DNA of 61,618 nt, the filler included, from Chiloscyllium plagiosum (taxonomy: Eukaryota), in NCBI RefSeq assembly GCF_004010195.1. It is 4 parts of one record of this genome, joined end to end, with 100 filler letters (N's around TTAATTAATTAA, not from the genome) between each part and the next. Parts side by side here need not be neighbours in the genome. Positions count along the whole stretch, not along the records: positions 23,618 to 51,482 come from NC_057715.1; 3 more parts are not named here. The stretch is one strand, 5' to 3'. Positions within the stretch are counted from its first letter, which is position 1. The number at the start of each line of letters is the position of its first letter. The notes beneath the pieces are model-generated. The model was not told where the DNA came from, searched no databases, and was given only the letters and a program-made list of their open reading frames with translations. The position numbers were made by a program, and so were the translations under genes. Below, one piece after another: positions 26,651-40,397 of the stretch.

Positions 26651-27208
26651 AAGAGTAGAAATTTTGTACCATTTTAGTTACGCAGACTGAGAACTAACAG
26701 CAGGAGAGATGGGCAGACCGATGTTACCTCTTGCTGGGTCTGGTCAGAGGGCTGCCTGATTTGATTTTATACGGAAGCAGATAAAGGCCACTTTCAATCC
26801 TTCATATTTTGTCGTGTCGTAACGAAACCACCCCTTTGTTATTGCTTAACCAATCAAATACAAAAGAAGCCAATGTGATATGGCAGAACCATTTTCATTC
26901 ATGAATGGTTACGGTGTAGAATGTTCTGCCTGGAAATGTGGTGGAGGCAGGTTCATTTGAGGCATTCGAGAGGGGCATTGGATGGTTACTTAAATAGAAA
27001 CAACATGTTGGATTCCAGTGACATTGCAAGGGTGGGTCTAAGTCAAAATGCTCAGGGAGCCAGTGCAAATGTGATGGACTGACTGGCCTCCTTCTTCCCC
27101 ATGGCGATTCTGGGATTCAGCGAGAGTCGATGCTTGTTGCTGTAAGTTGAGGGGTTGTTTTGAGCAAAGGGAAATTATTTTTGATCAATGTCTTTCTTTC
27201 GAATGCAG

Positions 27209-27356
27209 AATGTATGCAGCTGCCAACATCAGCACCAACCTCTATGTTGTGAGTGAGTTGTGGCTCTTTTCTTTGGTGTGGTGCTCAGGTGCCCATTCAG
27301 TCATCACCAATGCTCCACAGCAGCTGAAGGAACTCCACTGGCCCTGGTTTCTAATG
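27209..27356 (+). CDS. GDPD4: GDPD4 exon (MYAAANISTNLYVVSELWLFSLVWCSGAHSVITNAPQQLKELHWPWFLM)
   Basis: gcAG/GTaggt; 148 bp, phase 2 to 0; W-C-x-G-x-x-S-V-x-T-N motif. Confidence 0.95.
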
Positions 27357-28077
27357 GTAGGTCATCCCTCCATCACAACAACGTTTTTGGAATACTGTGT
27401 TCAGTTCTGCTCTCCCTGCTATAGAAAAGATGTTGCTAAACTTGACAGGGTGCAGAAAAGGTTTACAAGGATGTTACTGGGTTTGAGCTACAGGGAGAGG
27501 CTGAACAGGCTGAGGCTGTTTAACTGGACTGTCAGAAACTGAGGGGTGACCTTATAGAGATTTATAAAATCATGAGTGACATGGATAAGAGAAATAGACA
27601 AGGTATTTTCCCTGGAGTGGGGGAGTCCAGAACTGGAGGGCATAGGTTTAGGGTGGGAGGGGAAAGATATAAAAGGGACCTAAGGGGCAACTTTTTCACG
27701 CAGAGGGTGGTGCGTGTGTGGAATGAGTGGTGGAGGCTGGTACAATTACAACATTTCAAAGGCACCTGGATGGGTATGTGATTAGGAAGGGTTTGGAGGG
27801 ATATGGGCCAAGTGCTGGCAAATGGGACTAGATCAAATTATATTATCTGGTCAGCATGGATGAGTTGGACTTAAGAGTCTGTTTCTGTGCTGTATTACTC
27901 TATGACTTTATAATACCTGGCTTTCCTGCTTGGAATAGTTTCCCCACCTTCCTGGCAAATTACTGTGAGCAAATGCCTGTATTGTTCACCAATCCCATGG
28001 CTACAGCGGGAGAACGCTAATTGCGAACATTTATTAGTGTGTGAGGACTATTGCAGAGTTTATTAAGGGAAGACAAG

Positions 28078-28282
28078 TACAGTCAGTTCTGCTATAATAC
28101 GGCAGTTCTAGTCCCATTTTATAAGAAAATCATGTAATAGTAGCACCATTTACACTAATGGGGCTGGAATCGTGTTCAAACCAATACACGCTTGAAAAGT
28201 TTGCGCTTTAGGAACAGTTTCCCCAATCCGTCAATCACATTACAGCAAATTCACATTAATGAAACACACATTACGACCTGTA
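28078..28282. mobile_element. Possible decayed Tc1/mariner (Tigger-like) MITE
   Basis: Begins TA|CAGTCAGTTCTGCTATAA and ends ...CCTG|TA; the right TIR is largely deleted. Confidence 0.35.
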
Positions 28283-29174
28283 AATGGATTCTGAACAGAA
28301 ACCAGCCATGATCTCACTGAAGGGCAAACTGGGTTAGAGAGGTTGAATGGCCTCTTCCCAATCCTTTGTCCTGAAAATGACACTAGAATCCGGGTAGCAA
28401 TCTCTGCAGAGAGGGGCTGAATTACAGGTTCCCCAAATACCAGGAGGGCTAGAAATGACCTGTGCAGCGACCCTTGCCTCCAAACAAAAGGAATATCTTT
28501 GAGCTTTGCCCCTTCCTGTGACTTACCTGGAAAACTACGGAGCCTGTAGCTCCCCAATGTCTCAGCCAATAAGAGGGACTTAGTCAACCAATGAATACCC
28601 GTCCACTTTTCAGTCTAGATTGTTGTGACCTTTTGAAATTTGGCATTCTTGCATTTGCCCTGATGAGTACAAGACACAGCAAGTTTGGAATAGCTGCTCT
28701 TTTTGGCAATGTATGAGTCTTTTGTAACTCTGTAATGCAATCAGGGTCACTCTGTTAACAACTTCGATGTTCTAAACACATTAAATCCTTCAATGTCGAT
28801 GGCTCAAAATCGTGGGTTCACCTACAGCATGTGGACTGCAGTGATTCAAGAAGGCAGCTCACCCCCAACTTCTTAAAGAGAACCTAGGGGTGGGCAATAA
28901 ATATTGGCCCAGACAGTGACACCCCCATCCCATGAACTAACATTAAAAATTACTCCATAACCTTCTACATTCAGCTGAATACAAGCCTATTCTGATGTTA
29001 GTCATCAAGACATTTTAACCGTATTTGAGCTGGTATTATCCTGATGAATCGTTGATGCATCTCCACCATTTCCTACATACTTGTTGGGATGTGGTTCCTG
29101 GAACTGAGCGTACTCGAGAAGGCACAAATGGGAGCATCTTAAAGCATTGACTTTATTTTTATTGTTCCATCCAG

Positions 29175-29257
29175 ACCCCTTCTCAGTACAGAACTATGTG
29201 GATTTCAGCAGATGTTGTATCAGCCGCATTGATCCTAATAATATTCACCTTCAATTG
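29175..29257 (+). CDS. GDPD4: GDPD4 exon, last transmembrane helix (TPSQYRTMWISADVVSAALILIIFTFNW)
   Basis: ccAG/GTaagt; 83 bp, phase 0 to 2; not in the ORF track, read manually. Confidence 0.92.
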
Positions 29258-30291
29258 GTAAGTGCTTGCTGGTATCAGGTTAGCTCAGTTGGCTGGATAG
29301 CTGGCTCACAACGCAGAGTGACACCGACAGTATAGGTTTAATTCCTAGCACTGGCTGAGGTTAGCATAACAGATTCTCCTCTCACCTCTAATCTGGTAAT
29401 CCTCAGGTTAAACCAGCATCAGTCATCTCTCCCCACTGAGTGAGCAGGACAATGGCAATATTATCTTTATATGCTGAATTTATTTAATGTGTCGCAATAG
29501 CACAGGAACAGGCCCTTTGGCCCATCTGTGCTGAAAATAATGTCATTCTAAACTAAACCCTGCACATGGTCTGTATCCCTCTGTTTGATTTGATTTATTA
29601 CTGTCTCGTGTACCAATGTCACAGTGAAAAGTGTTGTTTTCTGTGCTTTACAGGTAGATTATAGTATACATGTGCACCAGGGTAACAGGGCAGAGTGCAG
29701 GGTGCAGTGCTGGAGCTGATGAGAAAATGCAAAGAGAGACCAATTCCTACATTAAAGAGAATCCATTCAAAAGTCTGATAACAGCGGGGAAGAAGCTGTT
29801 CTTGAACCTATGTGTATACAAACTTTTATATCTTCTGCCTGATGGAAGAGGGTGGGAGAGAGTATAACCAGGCTGGGAGGAGTCTGTCCATGTGTCTGTC
29901 GAAATGCCTCTTAAACGTTGCTCTTGTATCTGCTTCTACCACCTTCCCTAGCAGCTATGTTGCAGGAACAGCGTGAAGGATTCGCCTCGCACATCTCCTC
30001 TAAACTTTCCCCCTCTCACTTTAAACCTACGTCCTCTCGACATTTCCACTCTGGAAAAAAGCCTGCCTAATTAGCCTATCCATCCCTCGCATAATTTTAT
30101 ATACTTCTATCATCGAATACAAGGGCTGTACCGCACAGAAACAAACCCTTCGGTTAAACTCCTCCATGCCGACCAGCTATCCTAAATTAATCTAGTCCCA
30201 TTTGCCAGCACTTGGCCCATATGCTACTTTCTCCCCACCCCCACCCTCCTCTCACTTATCTCTCCACCCTTCAGGCTCTCTGCCTCTATTC

Positions 30292-30319
30292 CTGATGAAG
30301 GGCTTTTGCCCGAAACGTC
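30292..30319 (+). ncRNA. Minimal hammerhead core within a PLE terminal repeat (~30225-30397) inserted in a LINE
   Basis: CTGATGA-A-GGGC(TTTT)GCCC-GAAAC-GTC. Confidence 0.75.
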
Positions 30320-31089
30320 GATTTTACTGCTCCTCGGCTGCTGCCTGAACTGCTGTGCTCTTCCAGCACCACTAATCTGCAGTCATTGTTTTTACCATAT
30401 CCCCCTCTAAACTTTTCCTATTCATATACCCACCCAGATGCCTCTTAAATGTTATAATTGTACCAGCCTCGACCACTTCCTCTGGCAGCTCATTCCATAC
30501 GTGCACCACCCACTGCGTGAAAATGTTGTCCCTTATGACCCTTTTAAATCTTTTCCCTCTCACCTTAAACCAATGCTCTCTAGCTTTGGATTCCCCTACC
30601 CTGCAGAAAAGACCTTGACTATTCATGCCACTCATGACTTTATAAACCACCCCCACCCCCCTTCGCCCCTCCAGCATCTGATGCTTTAGTAAAAACAATC
30701 TCAGTTTGTCCAATCTCTCTTTATAGCTACTACACCCTAATCCAGGCAGCATTCTGAGAAACATCCTCTTATTGCTCTCGGGGTGTGGATTGGGCTGTTA
30801 ATGTCGCCTTTCGTGACCATCCCGCATTTAAGAATAAAGAAAGAAACATTTCCAGTAGCCCCAGACAGAACATGCCCAAAGCATAGCAAGATCCCACAAG
30901 CACAGTGTGACAATGACCAAGGTTGAGGGGTTATAGGTTTCCTGTACAGGCACCGGAGAGGGCAGTTACAGCCTTTATCTGACAGGTTTGTGCCGTCAAA
31001 TCCCTAGAATAGTTTTGGAAATCACAGCGTTCTGACTCTGAGGCCGTGCCGCAATGAGCAGGTGTGCACACATGAACATACAAACGAGG

Positions 31090-31480
31090 AGCTGTCAAGG
31101 CAGTATCTGAGGAGCAGGAGGATTCCTGATGAAGTGCTTTTGCCCGAAACATCGATTCTCCTGCTCCTCGGATGCTGCCTGACCTGCTGTGCTTTTCTAG
31201 CACCATACTCTCGACTCTCACCTCCAGCATCTGCAGACCTCACTTTCTCCTAGTTGATTTCAACCTGACTGTGTAATCTCTTCCAAGGATGCCTCCCTTG
31301 AATAAGTTCTCCTCCTCTCTCTACAAAGATCTGTGAGTCCCTCTCTCACTGTGCCCACCCCCCACCCCCTTTCCTCTGCTCTGAAGCTTTTCAGCCAGAT
31401 TCCTGATGAAAGACTTACGCCTGAAACATAGGTTCTCCTGATCCTCGGATGCTGCCTGACCTGCTGTGTTTTTCCAGCAT
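31090..31480 (+). mobile_element. Tandem PLE terminal-repeat fragments with hammerhead cores at 31126-31153 and ~31403-31430
   Basis: Same GGATGCTGCCTGACCTGCTGTG repeat family as the other PLE copies. Confidence 0.75.
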
Positions 31481-32871
31481 GTATGAACCGAACGGGTTTT
31501 TCTGATAATCGACAATGGATCATTGTCATCATTACACTCTTACATTCGATAAAAATCGAATTCCGGGGCAGGGGGCAGGGGTGAGGGTGGACAGGGGCGG
31601 GGTTGGGGTGGAGCAGAATGGTGTGCTGCTGCCTAGCCTTCTGAATGGGGAGCAGACTTTTTTTTTCCTGTGTACCATTTTCATTCTGTAGACTAGAGAT
31701 TAAGCAGGACAATATTGCAATGATTGTCCTGCAGGCTAAGCATGCTAGTTGAGTCTTTCATGGTACTCAGGAAAGATGTTTAAGGTAGGAATGACATATT
31801 GCAACATGGAGCTGGCTGTAGAAATACCAAAACATAAAAACTCAATGAGCTCCAAACATTGGGGCAAGATGAAGATACAGCAGAAGATTCTTGGCTGAAT
31901 CTTATTGAAGTAACTTCACAGAGGCCGGTATCCCATCACCAAGTCACCCTTTATTTACACGTGGAAAGTCCTTGACACTAATCCAGCTCCCTCAGAGCCA
32001 GCTCTCAGAGTGTGGGGAGCAGACTTAGCTGTGTCAATCCCATTGAACTGATTGGCGGGGGTGGGGAGGGTAAGGCTTGAGCAATGTGGGTGGCACAGTG
32101 GCACAGTGGTTAGCACTGCTGCCTCACAGCGCCAGAGACCCGGGTTCAACTCCCGCCGCAGGCGACTCTCTGTGTGGAGTTTGCACGTTCTCCCCGTGTC
32201 TGCGTGGGTTTGCTCCGGTTTCCTCCCACAATCCAAAAATGTGCAGGTTAGGTGAATTGCCTATGCTAAATTGCCCGTAGTGTTAGGTGAAGGGGTAAAT
32301 GTAGGGGTATGGGTCTGGGTGGTATACGCTTCGACGGGTCGGTGTGGACTTGTTGGGCCGAAGGGCATGGTTCCACACTGTAAGTAATCTAATCTAATCT
32401 GTAAGTAATCTAATCTAATCTAATCTAATCTAATCTAATCAATGCTGCCGGTCCCTTACACACAAGTGGGTGTCTGCTCAGAAACAAACCCTGAGACAGA
32501 GGGAGGGAACAAGGCAGGCAGAGTGAGGAAAAAGGAAACTTCAGAAAACTCCGAGCCCCAATCAATTAACCAAATAATAAATCATCCGAACAAAATACTG
32601 CCCGCCCATCTCGTTCTGTTCCACTGGTAGTAAAATTCTAATCCCTCGCTCCCCTGGTGGGACTTGAAGCCAGCCTCCTGGCTCAGAGGTGGCACACCTC
32701 GGGTAGATCCTCACCGAGCGCAGAGGCCACAGTCAACAGATTTCGGAATACTTTGGGGTTGTAAATTTCTTCTAACTGTAAATAGAAAAGTTACCAACAC
32801 AACTGTTGGGAAAGTGCAAGCGGTTTTTCATTGAGTATAAGTCCAGTTTCCTTGGCTTTGTTTTATTTCAG

Positions 32872-32951
32872 GTGGAGAGAGAACGGATTGCCATGCTTTC
32901 CATATGAGAGAAGTGGCAGCGATAACCTGGTTTATAGCAAGTTTCAAACAG
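32872..32951 (+). CDS. GDPD4: GDPD4 exon, cytoplasmic tail (WRENGLPCFPYERSGSDNLVYSKFQT)
   Basis: Strong polypyrimidine tract with ttcAG, GTctgt donor; 80 bp, phase 2 to 1. Confidence 0.85.
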
Positions 32952-35610
32952 GTCTGTATCAAAAACAGCATCGTACCTTTATATGATGCCTTTCACTATA
33001 CTAAAATGGAACCAGATAACACAAGTGACCAAAAGTTACTTACAGAGGTAGAGATTTTAAGGAGGATTTGCCCTCATGAAATGTGTGGTGCCTGGGCCAG
33101 CATTTATTGCCCATCCCTAACTGCCCCAGAGATGGTGGTGGTGAGCTGCCATTATGAACCGCTGCAGTCCACCTGTTGCAATCTGACCCACAGTATCATT
33201 AGGACAGGAAATCCAGGAGATGAGCTGGAAAAACTCACCGAGAAAATTCTAGAGATTGAGGAGGAGGAGGGAACTGGTGGGAAGAGGAGTAGGATTCACA
33301 AGAGACTGAACTTGGAATACAGCAGCAATTGCTGAGGGTTTTCATGATCAGAGCTGGCTGTGGAGAGATAATGGAGACTTTAGGCAAATATGATAAATGG
33401 GCATAACAATTTTCAAGTTGCTCCATCACTAAGGAGCAGGAGTAGAACCTTCTGGAAGAGGAGAGAATGTGGAAGAAATGTCTTGAAAACAACAATAACT
33501 TACATTTAGATGACACTTTTAAGGTAGTCATAGAATCCCTGCTGTGTGGAATCAGGCCATTCGGCCCAACAAGTCTGCACTGACCCTATGAAGTGTATAC
33601 CCACCCAGACTCATTCCCCTACCCTGACACTCTACATTTCCCCTAACACACCTAACCTACACATCCCTGAACACTATGGGCAATTTAGCACGGCCAATTT
33701 ACCCAGCCTGCACATCTTTGGACTGTGGGAGGAAACCGGAGCACACCCCTGCAGACACGGGGAGAACATGCAAACTCCACATGGACAGTCACCCGAGGCT
33801 GGAATTGAACTCGGTCCCTGGCGCTGTGAGGCAGCAGTGCTAACCACTGAGCCACCGCACCAGTGTAAATTAGACTGCTTCATAGGCATACAGGGGTGGC
33901 AAGTGGTTTTTACAGTGCCAGGGATCTATGTTTGATTCCACCCTCAGGCGACGGTCTGTATGGAGTTTTACCTGTGCCTGTGTGGATTTCCTCCGGGTGC
34001 TCCTGTTTCCTCCTGCAGTCCAAAGATGTGCAGGTTAGCTGGATTGGCTATGCTACATTACTCATGTTGTGCAGGCTAGCCATGGGAAATGCAGGGTGAG
34101 GGGGTAGGGGTGGTGGGTGGATCTGGGTGGGATGCGCTTTGGAGGGTGGATGTGCTGAATGGGCTGAATAACCTGCTTCCACGCTGTTGGAATTCTATGT
34201 AACAAAATAGTGTGTTGCTACGTCACATGAGAAAATATGAGGCTAGTTGACCAAAAACCTGCTCAGGCAGCTTGCTTTTAAGAAATGTGTTAAAGACAGG
34301 TGCAGGGAATGGCAGAGGTCCAGGCCCAGGCAGCCAAAGGCACAGCCACCAACAACGTGGCTCTTAAATCCGAGACTGCACAAGAGATCAGGATTAGATT
34401 GTACGGGGCGGGGTTGGAGGATAGGTAAGAGCCAAGGAGGGAGTGAGGTCACGGATGGATTGGAACAAAGGGTGAATTTTAAAGTCAAGTTGTTTCTTGA
34501 TGGATAGCCAGCACTGATCAGTGAGCATAGGGATGATGGGAGAACAGGGACTTGGTGCGAGTTAAGAGTCAGGGAAGCTATGTTGGCTGACATTACATTC
34601 ATGGAGCAGTTGGCTAGGTTTAAGTGTTTCGAGCTGAGGAACCAGTCAGGAGCGCATTGAAATAGTTGGGGTTTCAGAGGTAACAGAATCACAAGTAACA
34701 ATATCAGCAGCCAATGAGCTGAGATGGAGCAAACATGGGTGTGTGTGATGGAGGACCAAGCTATGCGATCTAAAGCTCAGGATCTCTGAATCAGAGAGTG
34801 TAATGAGAACTTGGAACTTATGTCAGGTAGCAGTTGAGGGAAATGGTGCAAGTGTATCTAAAGGGAGGCTCAATAAGGGAGAAGGGACTGGAGAGTTAAT
34901 GCCAATAGCCCAGATACAGGCGGATGAGAATAGGCTAGACTGAAGTATAAATGCTAGAATGGTCTGGTTGGGCCGAATGGTCTATTTCTACGCTGCATCT
35001 CCACCAAAGCAGGATTGATGAGTTACTGAGCCAAACAATTCTGTTCTTAGGGTAAACTTTGGAAACAATAGAGTTTGGAGAAATATTGACTCCTGGCCTC
35101 AGGTGCACAGTCCATAGCTAATCAGTACACACAGGGATACCCCAGGAATAGAGAAAATAATTGGCAGAGGGATGTGAAGAGGAAATTGTTCATGTGCTTT
35201 TCCAAAGCACTTGTGCAGCTGTTTGGAACAACAAAGATGAGGGTGATCACAGAGTTGCTTGGGTTAGGAGGGTGAGAGAGTTTGGTCAAGCATAGGTCAA
35301 AGGTTAGCAGGCTGATAATCAATTTACCTGGAGATGGTACCAGCTGTGGCCATCCAACTCAAATGTGGGTCTTGAACCTGGAGCTCTCTGGCCCAGAAAT
35401 AGGCACAGCACCCACTGTCCAACAAGATCTGAAACCCCTTGGGGAGCTTTAGAAATACCAGTACAGGTCAGATGGAACAAATGGCTTTTCACTGGGTTTT
35501 AGTTTCCACATACTAAAACAAGCATTTTCCATCTGCTTAATGAAAATCTAGATCAAACTCCCTACATGATGCGGAGTCTGATTCAATTTTCACAATTCTG
35601 TGTGTTTCAG

Positions 35611-35708
35611 AAATGAACAACGTCTGGTCCATTTCCAAAGAAGCTGACTACAGTGGTGACAGAATGTCGAACACAACACCCACATCAGATGCCATTGGCC
35701 CTGCCTGA
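35611..35708 (+). CDS. GDPD4: GDPD4 terminal coding exon (EMNNVWSISKEADYSGDRMSNTTPTSDAIGPA*)
   Basis: gtttcAG acceptor; phase 1 fits the previous exon; TGA at 35706-35708. Confidence 0.8.
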
Positions 35709-37882
35709 CCAGCGGTTGGAAAATAAATGGAAGATGTTGTCAGGGTGTAGTTGCGGGGGTGGAGATGGTGGTAGAAGGTGGTAGAAGGGAGGAGGAATGG
35801 TACGATCCCAAGTACATAAGGAAAGGCAGCAGGCTGTGCAGACAAGTAGCTACAGAGTGATGTCCACCTGCATCCTTTCCCCAGTGTCGCTGGCTTTGGG
35901 AGTCCACTGGCAGGAAGAGTTCCCTCATTGTGCTCAGACTGATCGAGGACCCAATGAATGAAACTCGTGATTCAATTTGCTCTCGAGACGTGAGAGTCGC
36001 TGACAAGGCTGACCTCATTCGCCCATCTCTTACGTGGCTCAAGAGGAGATGGTGCAATAGGTGAGGAACTAGCTAACCATGCCACTTGGAGGAGGCAGTG
36101 AAGAGTCGGCCATGTCAGTGGGTGAATCCTTCCATCTTCACCGGATCTTCAGCACCCGCAGTTAAACCCTGGAACTTTCTCCACTACCTTTGTGACTTGT
36201 GTTCAATCTTAATAGCTACATGCAAATGTGGAGTTCAGCTGTGGGAGGGGGCAGAGGGTGGTGAGGGAGAAATTGGAGCAGTTAGTGTTTTATTTAAAAA
36301 TAAAATGAAAATTCAAGATTACCGGTCATCTTGGCTATGTGTTTTGGTGCTCATGGTTTGTACATCCCTATTGCCCATCCCTACAGGGGGCAACACCCAG
36401 CCATTATAACACAATAATATTGCTAGGAGTCATTTGTAGCACAGTGGTAGTATCCCTACCCCTAGAAGGAGAGTTCCACCTGCTCCAAAGGCGTGTAGTA
36501 ACATCTCTGAACAGGCCAATTAGACAAATAGGTTAAATAATAAAAAAAATGATAATGGCCCTCTGCACTAGCCTGGCAATTAGAGTCCACCTGTAGATCT
36601 GGAGTTACCATCCCTTCACTTGAAAACAACCAGACGTGTTAGCGCAACAATTAACGATGGTTTCACACAGTCACCATTAGGAGTTTTAAATTTCAGATAC
36701 ATTTATTGGAATAAAATTCTAAAGGATGCAGCAGTGGGATTTCAAACCATGTCCCAGAACATTAGCCTCTAGATTAATAATGCAGCAACAAGAGAGGCGA
36801 TGGCCTAGTGGCATTATCACTGGACTTGGCAAAAGTGAGGGCTGCAGATGCTGGAAATCAGATTAGAGTGGTACTGGAAAAGCACAGCAGGTCAGGCAGC
36901 ATCCGAGGAGCAGGAAAATTGTCATTTCAGGCAAAAGCCCTTCATCAGGAATGAATGGACTGGACTGTTAATCGAGAGACCTGGGTAACGTTCTGGGTTT
37001 GAATCCCGTGAACGCTGGATGGTGGAATTCGAATTCAATGAATGTCTGGAATTAAGAGTCTAATAATGACCATGAATCCATTGTTGATTGATGGAAAAAC
37101 CCATCTGGGTCACTAATGTCCTTTAGGGAAGGAAATCTGCCATCCTTACCTGGTCAGGCCTACATGTGACTCCAGACCCACAGTAATCTGTTTGACCCTT
37201 AACGGCCCTCTGGGCAATTAGGGATGGACAATAAATGCTGCCTAGCCAGCAATACTCTCATCCCGTGATGAATAAAGAAAAAAATTCCTACAGTGCCACT
37301 GTTCCACTCCAATCCATCAGCCCAAAGATGTTTAGGTTATTAGGATTGGCCATGCTAAATTGCTCCATAGTGCACTGGAATGTGCAGGCTAGGTGTGTCA
37401 ACCATGAGATACATGGGATTACGGAGGTAGAAGTATTTGGGGGAGATACTATTTGGAAGGTTGGTGCAGACTTGATGGGCTGAATGGCTCCTTTCCACAC
37501 TGTAGGGGTTCTATGATCATGGAGTGAGGAAAATCTCCACTAGAGGGATTTTGGGAATCAATGTTCAAAATCAGCAGATGCTGCCCCATGATGTTATACT
37601 TGTCGTTAGCTCACTTGGCTGGATGGCTGGTTTGTGATATAGAATAGCACCAAAAGCGCACGCTCAATTCCCACACTGGCTGAGATAACCACAAAGATTC
37701 TACTTCTTCACCTATTTGCTCACCTGAGGCATGGTGACCCTCAGGTTAAACCACCAGCTGTCATCTTTCTATCGAGTGAGTGGCTCTGTGGTTTGGTAAG
37801 ACTATGGCGACTTCGCAACATTTATCAAATAGATAGCAAGAAAAGTCTCCAATGGCAAGGGGATGTCTTTTAAGATGAATAG

Positions 37883-38588
37883 TGTTATGAAGGTGTGGAG
37901 GTATACTGTACCTTTAAGAGAGTGAAGAACTTAGCAAGCACAGAGTGCTGAAGAATTTAGATTCTAACATTTGCTCCAGCAGCTAGCAGTACCTGGGTTG
38001 CTACGAGACCAAAACAAATTTGAATTCTGCCAATCAGTTTAAATTATACCCAAGATACTAAACTCCAATCAAGTTTGAATCTGGTATTTTGACAATATTA
38101 ACACCAGTGAAACGAGCCAATGCTTTGGGGAATTGAACAAATCGGAGGAGAACTGCCAAGCCACCAACATATGCAGACTGCCTGGAGAAAAGCTCTCTTA
38201 AAAAGGTACCTTTATCTATCAATCAATGACCAGTGAAACAGAAGCCTCCAAGAAACCAGAGGAAGATACAAAGAGAAGACCCGACAGCTGGATGGCTTTG
38301 AAATTTGAATTTTTTGGTAAGTCTTAATTGGGGGTTTTATTGGACCCTATTATATAAAAGGGAAAGTAGAAGATAGGTGAGAGAAAGGAGTTGTAAATAG
38401 TTGTTAGTTAACATTCTATGTAGGACTTTATTCTCCAAATTCTTAAATTTTTGGTACTTTAAATAGTGACTATGGGGATAGTTCTTGGCCTCTTGAATTA
38501 ACAGATTACTGCACAGGGTACATTTTTTCCTATATTGCTGGTTTAAATTAGTGGTGGCGGGTAGGGTTAACCTCGTGTTGTAACAACA
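37883..38588. mobile_element. Candidate solo LTR (~706 bp) with 4-bp TSD ATAG
   Basis: TGTT...AACA termini, ATAG at 37879-37882 and 38589-38592, internal TATATAAAA; no coding remnant. Confidence 0.6.
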
Positions 38589-39688
38589 ATAGAACTACTA
38601 ATAGCATGATGGAGAAAATTGTATGTAAAAAAACACAACAGCACAAGTCTGAAACACACCGCCTTCAAAAATTGTGCGATTTGTTGTGAGAGAAAGAGCG
38701 AGCCATTGATTAATACTAGTTTGTAAAAACTTACGGTACCCGTGAGACCGAATGTAACAGACAGAACAGTAGGCTGAAGAATACTGCAGCACAAAGTGTC
38801 AATAATAGTTATAATGGAGTCAGTGGTTCAGGGGCCTGGATAACAAATGAGAGTTTAAATGACACCAGGACAGTTGGAGAACGTGGAAAGAGGAAGCAGC
38901 TACAATATTAATTGGCTTGAGCGTCCATTAATGAGCAGGGGAAACCTGAATTCAAGCTAGGTCCATGTTGATATGCAACTCCATAACCAATCCGTACAGT
39001 TCCCTCATAATGGTCCTTCTGGTCATTTATCCATCCACACAGTAAGAAACAAACTAGGAATGGGGGTCACTCTTGATATGCTGTGGCAGTGCCATTACTC
39101 TGGACCTGGAAGCCCAGGTTCAAGTCTGACCTGCTCCAGAGTCCTGCAATAACATCCCTGGACAGGCTGATCAGAACAATAGGTTAAAAAATAAAAATAA
39201 AAACTATAGACCAAAAAAGGTCAAAACTTTCCCTTGAAGGGGTGAAGCAGGCAACTGCTTAATTAAATGGAGGGAGTGCCACTCAAGTGGGCTCATTTGC
39301 CCTGGCTGTGGGTGCCATTGGCTGGGCCCAGCATTTATGGCCCATCCCTAGTTGCCCCTGGAGAAGGTCGAGCATGAGCTGCCTTCTTGAACTGCTGCAG
39401 TCCATGTCATTACAGAGGAGATTCCAGGATTTTTACCCAGCAACAGCGATATGTTTCGACATCAAGATGGTGAAATGTTTGAGTGCTGTTGAAATTGCAC
39501 CCATCCAGGCACGTGTGAAGGTTCGAAAACATTTTAGACTTGGAGACGGTGGATAGTTATTCCTTTGTTGTGCTATTGAAGTGTAATGATGTAGAAATTC
39601 TGGGCACTTAAAGTGCGGAGAGAAAAGAATTCTTTGCCTTGCATTACATTCAACACTTTTCACTGTTTTGTAACAAGATAGACATTAT

Positions 39689-39698
39689 AATAAATAAA
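39689..39698 (+). terminator. Candidate distal poly(A) signal for GDPD4 (overlapping AATAAA x2); proximal candidates at 35722 and 36299
   Basis: Upstream TTTTGTA element and downstream T-rich tract; no transcript evidence. Confidence 0.35.
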
Positions 39699-40391
39699 TG
39701 AACAAGATTGATTTTTTGATTCAAATAGCTCACTATCGCAGTTAATTTCATCCCCTCAGAATACCAGCTCTAGCATTTATGCTCTACAAGCATAATATCT
39801 GACTTCCATCAATTTTTTCAGCTCTCACCAACCACACACTGGCTGAATGAGCAAGTAACACTGTCCCGCCATCCCATAAAGATGGAAATTAACCACATGT
39901 GGTATTAGGTCATAAATAAGCCTTGATCCCACTGAATGACAGAATGGTCTGAAAGGACAAAATATCCCAATCCCACTCCTACATTCCCACATGTAGCCAG
40001 CTCCCTGACAACACCAACAGTCATGGAAGTTAACAGAAAAATGCACACAGACACGCTTTGTGCATATGTGTGGAGCAGACAGAATGGAATCAGGCCTGTG
40101 CTGATTTCACAGAAGTTTCTCCCACCCCTCTTAATCTGACCCCATCAAAAGTTATAAACATATACAGACACACAAAGGAACAAAGACAATGGATCACAGA
40201 GGTATTTAATACACCGGTGGTACATTTTTTAAACAGATGCAAACTGCAGACACAACATTAGACACTCAGGTGTATCTGACCCCCGGAAGGTGAGAAAAAT
40301 CAAACACTGTCTTCAGCTGGCATTTAACCTCAAACCATGCATCCACACTAGTTTCACCATCTTTTTAAAAAAGTCACAATATAAGAGTTCA

Positions 40392-40397
40392 TTTATT
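40392..40397 (-). terminator. Candidate poly(A) signal for MYO7A (AATAAA on the - strand; a second at 40511-40516)
   Basis: AT-rich context at the end of a ~4.5-kb transposon-poor stretch below the MYO7A stop. Confidence 0.4.

Noticed and set aside
32904..33335. 143-aa ORF overlapping a GDPD4 exon
   Set aside because: Different frame from the exon, and it runs into SINE/LINE-derived intron sequence.
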